NCBI RefSeq assembly: GCF_009914755.1
Contig: NC_060927.1
Length of the DNA: 64,000 nucleotides
Direction: 5' to 3' (one strand)
Source: the human T2T-CHM13v2.0 reference genome, Homo sapiens
The translations under genes were made by a program, and so were the position numbers. The stretch's first letter is position 1. Each line of letters opens with the position of its first letter. Below are positions 42,199 through 54,525 of this stretch, one piece after another. The notes beneath the pieces were generated by a model. That model was not told the DNA's origin, searched no databases, and saw only the letters and a program-made list of their open reading frames with translations.

Positions 42199-44171
42199 AA
42201 TTTCCTTCTTAAAATGTAAGCTGTCCTATTGCTGACTCTTCGGACAGTTCAGTTACCAGCTGTTCTCAAGGCTTTTGTCAATCTTAATTGTCTTAACCAG
42301 AAACTTTATCGATAATTTCCACCTTCTCAGACAGTGGAAGTTTAGTAATATTTTAAATGGATTTGAAGAGTTATTTCGTACTTGAAGAGTTAAATAACCC
42401 AAGAAAACACCTTATTAAACAGGACTATAAATATATGCCTCTGTTCTGATAATTGGAGAAATTAGATGCTGGAATGATTTTATATTCTATAGTTCTTCCC
42501 ACATCATCTTCAAAACTTAAAGTGTAAGAAGAAAGACAGAATTTTAGGAAAAATAATTAAGTGAAGTTGAAGTAAAGTAGATAGAGAAAGTCATTTGGAA
42601 AAGTTGAGATACTCCTAAAATACCACTTATTTCAATAAATAATTTACGTTTAAAATTTATAAAATTAAAACAAAATTTTAAAAAGTTTAAAAATGTATAG
42701 TCTAAGAAAGTACATTAGAAAAATTCAAGGATATATTGTTCTCTATAAAGAAAGTGACCACATTTTTCAAAATAAAGTGTAAAAATAATGAAGGGTCTAT
42801 ACTTTATAAGAACACTGAGAGAAGAAAATGTTTGAATCATATTGTTTGCCTAATTGGAATTTAATATTTTCTTTGAAGCACTATCCTTAAAAATATATCA
42901 TCTTATATTTTATCGTTCAGTGATAAAAACAATTAATTATGATTGTATACACAAACACATATTCAGTTACTCATTATTTCATTTCAAAGTCTCAATTAAA
43001 TCAAGTAATATGGCCCTGAATCGATTAAATATTAACTCTTGTGGTTTTAATTATTGCAGTGTTTATTCTCAAAGAGCAAACAGTCTCTAACACACTGTTT
43101 ATGAATTCTAGAGTTGTAAGAGGATATTTTACCACTGTTATTTTTGAGAATATCTTATTTTCCCTAGTACACTGAATTAAGTGGTATCTGTGATTACTTC
43201 TGAATTTAGGACACTTTTTGCTAATTTACGAACTGAAAATGAATTATTTTCTTTATTCTATAAAATAGAAACTTTAATTGCACTGTAAGAGCTGAGATTT
43301 ATCATCACATTTAATTGAGTCATCAGATAATTATTATGTATGATTTGTTATTTTTATTTTTTGAAGCAATTTCAGGCAAGATGTCAGAGATACGTATGAA
43401 AGTACTGTATAATTGAAATCTCTATTGTTTTCATTAAAAGCAAGATTTCAGTTTCAATGTTCAGTACATGTTCAGGCTTCAGTGGAGTTTAACAAACTAT
43501 GCTTAAACCCAGAATAAAGAAAAATAAAACTTTAGAAAGCTGTCAGTTTCGCTCTTTTTTTTTTCAGTTTCTTATTTTTCCTCGTTCTTCATCATGTCTT
43601 ACTTCTCTGACTTAATGTATTTAAGTTTACTTCAATAGAAATCACATATAAAATTAAAGAAAAATGATGAGAATAAAATGCCAGTCGTTAATTAATTATT
43701 TTAATCAATACAGATAATCAAATTGTTTAATTAGAACCAGTAAAAAATGTCAAATGGCAAGAATAAGTTTTCTGGTTTAAACTTTATTATCAAAGTAGTC
43801 TATGGCAAGCATCTATGTCATCCAAATATAATTCTTATTAACCACTAGGAAGTCTAACATTAACATATTTTGGCATTTCAAAGTTCTACATTCTACTGAC
43901 AATATTAAAACAAACAAAATGCAAAGTAATATTTTATTTTTTCATTAGAATATAGAATTCAGAAATTTTCTAGCCAAAAAAAATTAAGAAATTACTGATT
44001 TGAATGTCAACAATTGATAGAAATATGTAAAGTTGCTTTATTTAAATACTTCAGGAATGAAATATTTAATATTTAGTGACAAAAAGAGAATAATTTGAGA
44101 AATAATGCCTTATCTATTTAAGAACCACAATTCAAACAGATTGATGACTCAGGTGTACAAAAAGAACTGAA

Positions 44172-44587
<416 letters not shown>

Positions 44588-45187
44588 TTAAGTTATCTCA
44601 GGAGTCAAGACATGCAAATTCCTCCTGGCCTGTCTTGCTTCCCATGAGACAGTGGTTAATACCTCCTCAGAGCAACCAAACCAATTAAAAGTCATTACTG
44701 ACAGAGAAAACTATATCCTATTAAATTTGAACCCTGCAAAGTTATGGAAAAATAGAACAGTGGCAATATTTTCAAAATTATCAGGACAGTAAAAAACTCC
44801 AGTAGCAAAAAGAAAGTGCAGATTACATTAAGAAAATATCATGTGGTATTGAATGAATATTCCACATCAACCCAATAAAATAATATTATTTTAAAGGCAG
44901 TCGTGCCTCCATTACAAATATAAGTGCCAATTGGTACTGGAAACTGTCCTAATAATTCACAATTATTAAAACACTCATACTAACTAAATTAAACCTGGAT
45001 TAATCTTGTAAGTTTACTGATTACTAAAATATGAAGATCTAATTTACACTCAAATTTTAATCCCTTATATATACTTTATGGGGAAAAACGTTACTTCTGT
45101 ATGCATTCAACATGTAATAAATTTTCATAACCAAATTAGCCCTATGCTATTCCATAACAAGCTATTTATAAAACTATATCAAAGAAT

Positions 45188-45488
45188 GGTCGGGCGCTGT
45201 GGCTCACGCCTGTAATCCCAGCACTTTAGGAGGCTGAGGCAGGCGGATCATGAGGTCAGGAGATCGAGACCATCCTGGCTAACACGGTGAAACCCCCGTC
45301 TCTACTAAAAAAAATACAAAAAATTAGCCGGACTTGGTGACGAGCACCTGTAGTCCCAGCTGGAGGCTGAGGCAGGAGAATGGCGTGAACCTGGGAGGCG
45401 GAGCTTTCAGTGAGCCGAGATCGCGCCACTGCACTGCAGCCTGGGTGACAGAGCGAGGCTCCGTCTCAAAAAAAAAAAAAAAAAAAAA
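45188..45488 (+). mobile_element. AluY with pure A tail
   Basis: AluY diagnostics; TSD AAAACTAT(A/G)TCAAAGAA at 45170 and 45485. Confidence 0.95.
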
Positions 45489-48400
45489 CTATGTCAAAGA
45501 ACCTCTTTCAATGACAGGATGGTCAAAAAAGTCATATACTTTTTCCAGTTTCAAAGTTAGGCTATATTTGTGAAAGTGTGTCTTAAAAAGCACCTAAAAA
45601 CCAATTGTCTAAAATTGGCTAGGCTAATGATAATGTATAAGTAATCTTCATTTTTGAAGTTTTATTAGAAATTAAAAGTTAATTACAATATCTTAATATT
45701 TGCAATGAGTTACTTGTGAGTTTTTATGCATATTTTCTCTTTCACTATACGGATCTTAATCATACACTGTATTTAAAAATTGAAAGCTTAACGACATATT
45801 CATTCATGACGGTCACTTTAAAAGTGGATTTGACACTGAATAAGGCTATTCGAATGTTTTCTATGATCTGATCTGTAAAAGAGTAAACGCGATTTTCATC
45901 AGTACTATTTGCAGTTTTAGATAAAATTAACAATAATGCCCTATTTTTTATCTAAATAACTAGACATTTAAACTATCATTCTCATTTCAACGATAAGCCA
46001 TTTCTTTTCTTTCTCTGTTGTGTCTTCCTTTTTCTAAACTTAGTAAATTAATGACTGCTTTACATTGGAATGATTTGTAATTAAATTCTCAACAAAAAGT
46101 GTGTAAAATGCATTTAATCCGAAACAATAAACAAGTATATGATTAATTGCTTGCAATATGCCTGGCTTTAATGTGTGAAAATGAAGATGATACAGCGGCT
46201 CAATGCCTTCAAAACAATTCAGTATCCACCTGGTATAAGAGCTCGTTATTTACTGTATACTTAGCCAATCTTTTTGAAAGACTTTGAAAGATCTCTTATG
46301 GAAATAACACAATAGTCTTTTTATTCTAGTCAAATTTATAATATTTCATCTTTATGTTTAGCATAATTGGACAGAAGACATCCACAAAATATTAAAAATT
46401 CTAATATATGTGAAGGTGATTATCAAGTAATTCAAAGATGCAACTAGCAATTAGGAAACCCCATTAGGCAACCTTTATTGTCCTGGGAAGTATTGGACAT
46501 AAAATAACAACAAACTCACTTTATTCCCATTCATGAATACACATCTGAAAGCAGATTTTGTTCTTAAACTTAGTGTAAAAATGAATCCTTCGAAAGTTCT
46601 AAAATGTACCTTCTTTAGAAGAAACATGCACATTTTCAAACAATATCTGTTTGCATATGGACATTCTCTCAGATTATTTTTTCACTAAATCACAACAGTC
46701 TGATCTCACATTTGGAGAAGACTACATGGAGTAGAAAAAAATGCTATTCTTATGTATCCTCAACTCTCTGTGTCCTATGATTTTTTTCAGATACGTAAAC
46801 TGACTAGCACAGGTTTCAGACAGGATATTCATTTTCTACTTGGCAGTAAGAGCATTATTGTCTATACACAGACACTTTGGTTTGTTTCCCTAATCTTTGT
46901 TTCATAACGGTCCTCTGTCTTTTATAATTTGTCAGTAGAAATCTGGTTGTAGGTGGTATTCATATAAGCCAAAATATTGTCAGATCATATAAGCAAAAGA
47001 AAAGATTTGAGGAAAAATTCTTATTTTACAGAGTACTGGGTACATTTATTTATTCATACTAAGTCATTGGTGGTTTTTGAAGATATCTACCACTGCAAGG
47101 TTTCTATTAGTTGATACTGATAAATTTTTTAATTGGAAATACTTTTACTTTGTATAAGACATGTTTGTAGATATGATTTACAGCCTTTGTAGCTTGACAG
47201 GACAGTGACAAACTGTTGGCTGTTAGTGACATCATCACTTTATTTCTGATGTTATTTAAATTATATAAAATGAATATACCCTTTAATATTGAACAAAGTA
47301 TCATCGCAAATGCATCATGTTTAAAACGTTGTGCAATCCCAAAATGTAGATTAATTTTGCATTTAAAAAAGAGAGGAAACAGAATTTGTTATATAATTCA
47401 TAAAATCACTACTTTTAATATGATTTTTCTTTTACTGTAACATTTTAAAACTTATAACATTTTAATCCTCAGATACCACTAAAAATTAAAGAAAAATCAT
47501 TGAGTTATTTGGATATTTGACAACATAGAATACCATTTGTTAAATAAATAATCAGATGCTGATTTTGTTTACTATCTTTGCAAATAGGTTTTGTTATTGC
47601 TTCGAGTTTGATTTCTAAATGTTTACAAGGCTCCTGTCAAATATAAAACTCCATAATACTATTCCTATGGACTATTTAAGAAACATACAACCTACTATAG
47701 TATAAAAAGAAAATCGGAATTACTACCTATAATGTAATTTTCTTAAAAAAATACTACCACTTTGTTATGTATCAGAAAACAGTAACAAACATAAACAAAT
47801 AATCTAAAATAAAAGATATGACTTATGTGTTTGGAAGTACATCATATCCTAAGACTTGTTGAGGAAGTAAGGTCTCTGAATTTCCTAAGTATATTTCTAT
47901 GTCCCTGGAGAAGATTGCCCATCTCCACCATTGATGATACCAATTGTACAGTGTTCAAAGTTGGTTTTTATAGATATTATCTTTTCTCCTAAAATATATC
48001 TTATACAAGTTATAAGCTTAGTGTGGGATTTACACTTTGCAGTATGTACTTTTAGGGCATGACCATCAAGTTACTGGATAGATCTTGCCTAATAAAATGG
48101 CAAACAATACTGCCTAAAAATGAGAAAAAACAGCCAAACAATTAACTGCCGTGACCTTGTTATGCGTCAGAGAGCATATAGTCCAAGTTGCTGCTCACAG
48201 CTTCCTTATAATCAAGAAGAAATGTACTGAAGACATGAATTCTGGGTGGGACACAGGCAAGGCGGAAATAATCTGTGTACTTCATGCTGAACCAGTTGCA
48301 AAATGCCCAATCACTCTGGAATATGTAATAGGAGCTGATAAATCTCCTTCATTGTAAAAGTCAGTTGGAGTTCAGGGTTTTTATTAATTTCAAGCCAGAA

Positions 48401-49724
48401 CCTCCTTTATCTTCTTACCTTCTTAGAAATTTGTCCTTCTATGTGTTTACCTTATGGAAATATGAGTACAAGTGCACAAAGCATTATATAAAATATATTA
48501 ATTATAGAAATATTTGATGAAATGTTAAACATTGTTCTCATTTTATAGTATAATGTACTAGTACTATGAAGTGTTACATATCAGGTAAAATAATAACATA
48601 TATCTAAAGTGCTAATAGTGAAAACATTGTAAATTTTAGAAAATGATGCAGAAAGTGCTTAGACAATAATTCCATTTGTGTCAATTAAAAAGAAATTTGG
48701 CATAAGTACATAAATATATATATAAATATTATATATATATATAACTTGAAAGGTTTGTGGCTACACTCTTAACAGTGCTAAACTCTAGAGCAAACAATTG
48801 GTTGTAGGATACAGTAAAGGATATGAAAAGGATTTTATTTTAAAATATACTAATCAATTTTGTAAAGTGCCCTTTATTTTTAAATAGTCATGTATCTACG
48901 GGCTTTATGTGTACCTGGAACAAAATTAAGTGGGTATTAAATCTTAGTAATGTATTGAAAGATAGTATTATGTGTTGTCACAAAATTTTATTAGCAATAG
49001 GCTCTGGATTCTAAAATGGTTTAATCCTGTAATTCCCAGCAGCCAGATACTAGTAAAATTTGAGGCATGATGAAAGCTTTCCTATCATGAATTTGAAAGG
49101 TAATTTGCATGACTGTTGTCACAGAGAAGGAATAGCACAAGGGCTAGAAATAACTAGTAAGTGATAGTAGGGTAGATCTTATAGATATTAATATTTACAT
49201 AATAGATTTCAATTCCTGAATCCACAGTTAGGAGGATTTGCATCCTGCTAAACAGAGATTCTAAATAGTTATTAAGTATCCTGTTTGCACTTTGTAAATG
49301 AAAATATTCATTTATAATATACATATTCATGCATACAAAGAATATATATTTGATACCTACTTACTGTGTGTCAGACCATGTGGTAAGTTTAAAAATAATT
49401 TACAGCATTATATGAATAGTTTTACTATCAATATAAAATTGTATAATATACACAATTAACATGAAAAGGTAAAAAATTAGATATATGCTTTTAGATTAAG
49501 TCATATCTAATCTTAAGTGTATATGTTAGAATTATTTCACTAGTAATATATGAGTTAAAGGATGTCATATCAGTTACAAGTAAAATACATAAGAAAATAT
49601 ACATAATTGAGCTATATTTCAATTTAAAGCTAAAGAACATCAAGTATACCTATACTATTTTGTTTTGAGTCTTTACTAGTTATTGATGTTATTTTCTTAA
49701 ATTTTGTTATTTTTAGATAATTTA

Positions 49725-49850
49725 TATATATATGGTTATATACATGTATCATAAATATGTATATCAGAGCACATACACGTATATACATACAAATACATTT
49801 TTGTGTATATATATACATACAAATATATTTGTATGTATATATATATACAC
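49725..49850. repeat. TA/TACA-rich low-complexity repeat
   Basis: Directly visible. Confidence 0.85.
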
Positions 49851-52034
49851 ATTTTCAAAGTTCATTCACATGTCTAATTCATGTGACTATTTAAATTCTA
49901 TACCATATTCCGATTATACTTTTAGAAATTCCTTAAGTATTTTGTAAGCATAGATACTGATTAGTATACCTATGCTAATAATAGCAATTTAGTAATTGTC
50001 ATTTTTAAAGTCAACAAGAAATTTCGATGTTACATGGTTATATACTTGAGAGTAAGTACATGCTTCCATTACCAACATTATAGTTATTTCTGTACTTCAA
50101 ATATTGTAATTAGAAAATCTGGAAATTCCATTCCAGGGAATGCCAAGAAAACGCATTAAAAATTAACATAAATCTAACCACAGCATTTATCTGAATAATA
50201 AATCCCTAATATATAATCCTAATAATTCTAATACAATGAGTAAAGAGTATTGCATTACTAAAAATACAGTATAAACAACTAAATCATACACACATAAGTA
50301 CAAAACATAATTTTATACTAAAATTAACATTTGACTTTATTTTCTTCTCACAATGTAACAAATCATATTCAGAGTAGACATTTTTAAACCTTATTAAACT
50401 AAAATTCCATTTAATATAACGAGCCAATAAAAACTATACTATGGCATTTTTTAATTTTGTTCAGTTTTACCTTAAATTTTTTTACTTAAAAAGCTTGTAT
50501 TATTAAAATGATATATGTTTCTAAATCATGGAAGTTCAGTGTACCACAAAGTAGACTGAATTCAATTGGAAGTGAATGGTTCATAAACCTGAGTCATCTC
50601 AACTCAAGCTCAAGTATAACCACACTGGGAAATTGTGTTGGATGAATGAATACAGTAAAGTTCACAGGGTAAGCCTGATTGAAATGAATTGTCTTCCACA
50701 AAGGCCAACAATTTTCCCAGTGGTTGCTGATAAACCTTCTGAAAAAAAAATATCTACCTGTTACAGTTCTCCTCAACTATTAAGACACACTAGTTATAAA
50801 GGTAAATTTAAAACATTTGATTATTGGTGATAATATTGTGATAATCTTATGATAATATCTTACTTTTTTCACACATATGTGTTATATCCATATATATTTG
50901 TATCCATATATGTTCTGTTTATTTTTTCTACTAATTTGTAAATCATTTCAGAAGACTCCTCACATTGAAGCATAATTCCTGAAAAAAAAAAAAGAATACA
51001 GAGAATTTTAGCTTAATTTATCATGGTGAACAGATAAATCGTGCTACAAGAAATATATTGGAAAGGCACTGAATATTCATAGATTATTAAAGTGTATATA
51101 TGTAGATACAATTTCTTAGAAAGTAAATACAAAAATAGCTTGGGTTATGCTTAACTGAAACAAATAGAGAAACAGCAGTTCCGTCTGTGGAAACAATTCA
51201 TTCTATTAAGTGATTTAATTTAATTAAAATGTAGAGTTATGGGTTACAGGGCAAATTTCAAAACAGTCTTCCAACAAAACTTTGCTGATAACAACAGAGA
51301 AATATAAAAACGTAGCGATAAATGCATTCCTAAGAGAAATAAGGGAAAGTCATCTACCACCTAAGAGACAGTTTGAGATCTGTTGCCAGATATAATTTGA
51401 AAGGTAGACAGCAATTCTTCTTGTAAAGAAAACAACTGGTATATCAATGAAGTAAGCAGTAAAACCACAAGTTCTAGAATCAGGAGTGACTCTGAAATTT
51501 AACATTCCACTTGACAGCCCATTCACAAGCCTATTCAAAATATTCAGAGACTGCTGGTGGGGCCAACCTATCCATATAGAATAGATATTCAGAACTACTA
51601 TTACCATTAGGAGTTGGCTCAGCTATGAGGCAATGAATGATAGCTGTGGGATAAAGGCCTGACACAAACCTAAGATGTACTGGAGTAAGGGTTAAACACA
51701 ATATTAGATATAAAAATGTGTCCTTGAGTACATTGACTTCACTAAACACAGAAACTCCACATAGAACTGGGTTTGTGCATGACCCTGGAGTTTTCTCCAA
51801 ACCCCTCAGGTTTACAGATGACTAGACAGTTAATATAAACCCACATTAACCAGCCATCCAACTTATATTTCAGAAGGAGGATTTAAATAGCATATTAAAA
51901 GACAAGAAATATATATGCATAGGATTTTGAGCAAATGTCAAGATTGAATAAACCAATATTAATGCAAAGTTAAGTAAAGAAATAGAAAAATTGAGAATCA
52001 GAATAACAACTTCTTGTTTAACAGGATTAAATTT

Positions 52035-52230
52035 TGAAATACAGAATTGTGTTGAGCAAGATCTAGCACTGTCTTATTGATGCTGTGGGGTCCAAATACT
52101 CAGTTTTTTTTTAAACAGTTTTCTAATCTGCAAAATGAAAACAATAGTATCTATTATGCTGGAGTTGTGAGGATTGATTTAAAATAAGCAATATATATAT
52201 AATAAAAGCCGAGGAAAAAACACTACTAGC
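52035..52230 (+). mobile_element. MIR
   Basis: CAGTTTTCTAATCTGCAAAATGAAAACAATAGTATCTA...GTTGTGAGGATT. Confidence 0.7.
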
Positions 52231-52899
52231 TTATAAATGGAGTTCACTGAAATCCACAACAATCTAAAATTACATAAAATTTCATGCTTAAGATGTAACA
52301 TTTAATTTTACTACTCAAAATGTAGTAAAAAGCACAAAACAATTTTACTTTTCATTTTTAAAGTATATTTTTGACACTATTTGCCCCAGCAAAGTTCAGG
52401 AAAATCAGTATTGTTTAATATAATAATAAACAAGGAGATGATGGTGCAAAATAATCAGGAGATGGGAACACTCTTTATGGTAAGAAGGAAATGAAAATAG
52501 AATATAACAATAAACTTATGGGTATGAATTTTAACTGTCAAACAGGCAAAGATCTTCAAAACCGACAATATCTGGGAGTGACATCAGCAAGATCACAGAA
52601 TAGACAGCAACAGATTTTGGCCCAGCACCCAGAAATACTGAAAACAAGTGTAAACTGTCAGAACCAACTTCGTTCTATCTCTAGAAAACAGTCGAAGACT
52701 TACAGTGATCAAATAAATGTTTAATCAAGAAAAAGGCAATCTAAAATGATAGGAAACCTTTGTGACTTTTTCAGATGTCATAGCCCCACCTCTTTCCTGA
52801 CTCATTGACAGCCCTTGAAGACAGCAGCCTGTGTTACTAGTATGGAACCCTGGTCTGCAGGCAGCAGAGCAAACCTCATTCAAAAATTAGTATTTATGT

Positions 52900-53235
52900 C
52901 AGGGGTCACAAACCCCTGGTGTGGACCAGTACTGGTCTGTGGTACCAATCTGTGGCCTAGCAGGAACCTGACCGCACAAGAAGAGGTAAGCAGTGGGCTA
53001 AGGAACATTACCACCTGAGCCCTGTCTCCTGTCAGATCAGCTGTGGCATTAGATTCTCATAGGAGCACAAACTTTACTGTGAACTGTGCCTGTGATGGAT
53101 CTAGTTTTCACGCTCCTTATGAGAATCTAATAATACCCAGTAATCTGAGGTGGAACAGTTTCATCGTGAACCCTGCTCCCTCAGTTTTATCTTCCACAAA
53201 ACTGGTCCTGGAGCCCAAAAGGTTGGGGATGGCTG
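52900..53235 (+). mobile_element. MER1B (hAT-Charlie non-autonomous DNA transposon)
   Basis: CAGGGGTCACAAACCCC...AAAAGGTTGGGGATGGCTG termini; internal TTAGATTCTCATAGGAGC/GCTCCTTATGAGAATCTAA inverted repeat; perfect 8-bp TSD ATTTATGT (52892-52899, 53236-53243). Confidence 0.93.
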
Positions 53236-54168
53236 ATTTATGTATTTTCCAACCTCCAAAGAGCTACAGGAAGGATTGACTAAAGGTGTTCATCTCTGTT
53301 TTACTTAACTTGGAACTCATCCAGTTCACAAAGGCAGAAAGCCTTGCCTGGAACAAAAGATTGCAGTTGAGGAATGCAGTTGACAACCTAAGCCCTAACA
53401 GGAAAAGCTGAGAAAAGATTCTTTGGGAATTTAGGCCACTGAAAACACCTGCATATGTGGTGCAATTTAGAAATCCACACACATTCCCAGGACAAGAGAG
53501 AAAAGACCTGAGAAGACCTCAGGCTTTCACCTCTGACTGCTCCCTAGGCTCAGTGAAAGCCTTGCTAAGTGTTGAAGAAGGACTCTAGCACAGAGTCCAT
53601 CTACAAAGACTGGGAGAGGTTTATTTGCTTTAGCTTCTGGTGTTTCAGAAAATCTCTGTCAAAACACAAGCTAAATGTAAGCTATGGAACGGTCACTTCA
53701 GTCAATGCAGTCAACAAGAAATATAATCTTTGTTAAAATAGTTTGGAAAAGTCACTACACAAATGGACCAATACAACCTTCAATTAAAAAATAAAAACAA
53801 AAAGGAAAAATGGAAAATCTGACCCCCAGAGTTCCCACATTATCATAATCAAATGTCTAGTTTTCAAGTTAATATCACAAAGCATATAAATAATCAAGAA
53901 AGCATGCCCCATTTGCAGGAATAAAATAAATTGATAGAAATCTTTCTGAGGAAGGCTGGTATTGTTTTCACCAAAAATGGAGTTTATATCAACTGCCTTT
54001 TATATGCTCAAAATTCTAAAATAAAATATAGAATAAAAATGAAAGAAAAGCAAGAGATTAATGTATAAATAAGAGAGCATATCAATAAAGAGATAGAAAT
54101 TAATAAGAGGAAGTAAACAGAAATGCTAGAGCTGAAGTGAATAGTATCTGAAATGAAGTATTTACTAG

Positions 54169-54525
54169 AGCGAGGTGTGGTGGCTCATGCCCAGTACTTT
54201 GGGAGGCTGAGGCTGGTGGATCACTTGAGCCCAGGAGCTTGAGACCAGCCTGGGCAACATGGCAAAACACCATCTCTACAAAACAAATTAAAAAAAATAG
54301 CAGACATGGTGGCACATGTCTGTAGTCTCAGCTACTTGGGAGGCTGCAGACATGGTGGCACATGTCTGTAGACTCAGCTAGTTGGGAGGCTGAGGTGGAA
54401 GAATCATCTGAGCCCAGGAAGTCGAGGCTGCAGTGAGCTGTGATCATGCCACTGCACTTCAACCTGAGTGACAATTAGACCCTGTCTCAAAAAAAAAAAA
54501 AAAAAAAAAAAACAAAACAAAAAAC
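54169..54525 (+). mobile_element. AluJb with an internal 46-bp tandem duplication
   Basis: Dimeric AluJ; 54301-54346 repeated at 54347-54392. Confidence 0.92.

Noticed and set aside
50618-50725. snoRNA or pre-miRNA call for the inverted repeat
   Set aside because: No properly placed C/D or H/ACA boxes, and the spacer is too long and unpaired for a typical pre-miRNA; kept only as an unexplained structure.
51350-51800. Two overlapping - strand ORFs (85 and 89 aa) as a possible processed pseudogene
   Set aside because: No recognisable protein similarity and no poly(A) or TSD signature; left as unexplained unique or ancient sequence.
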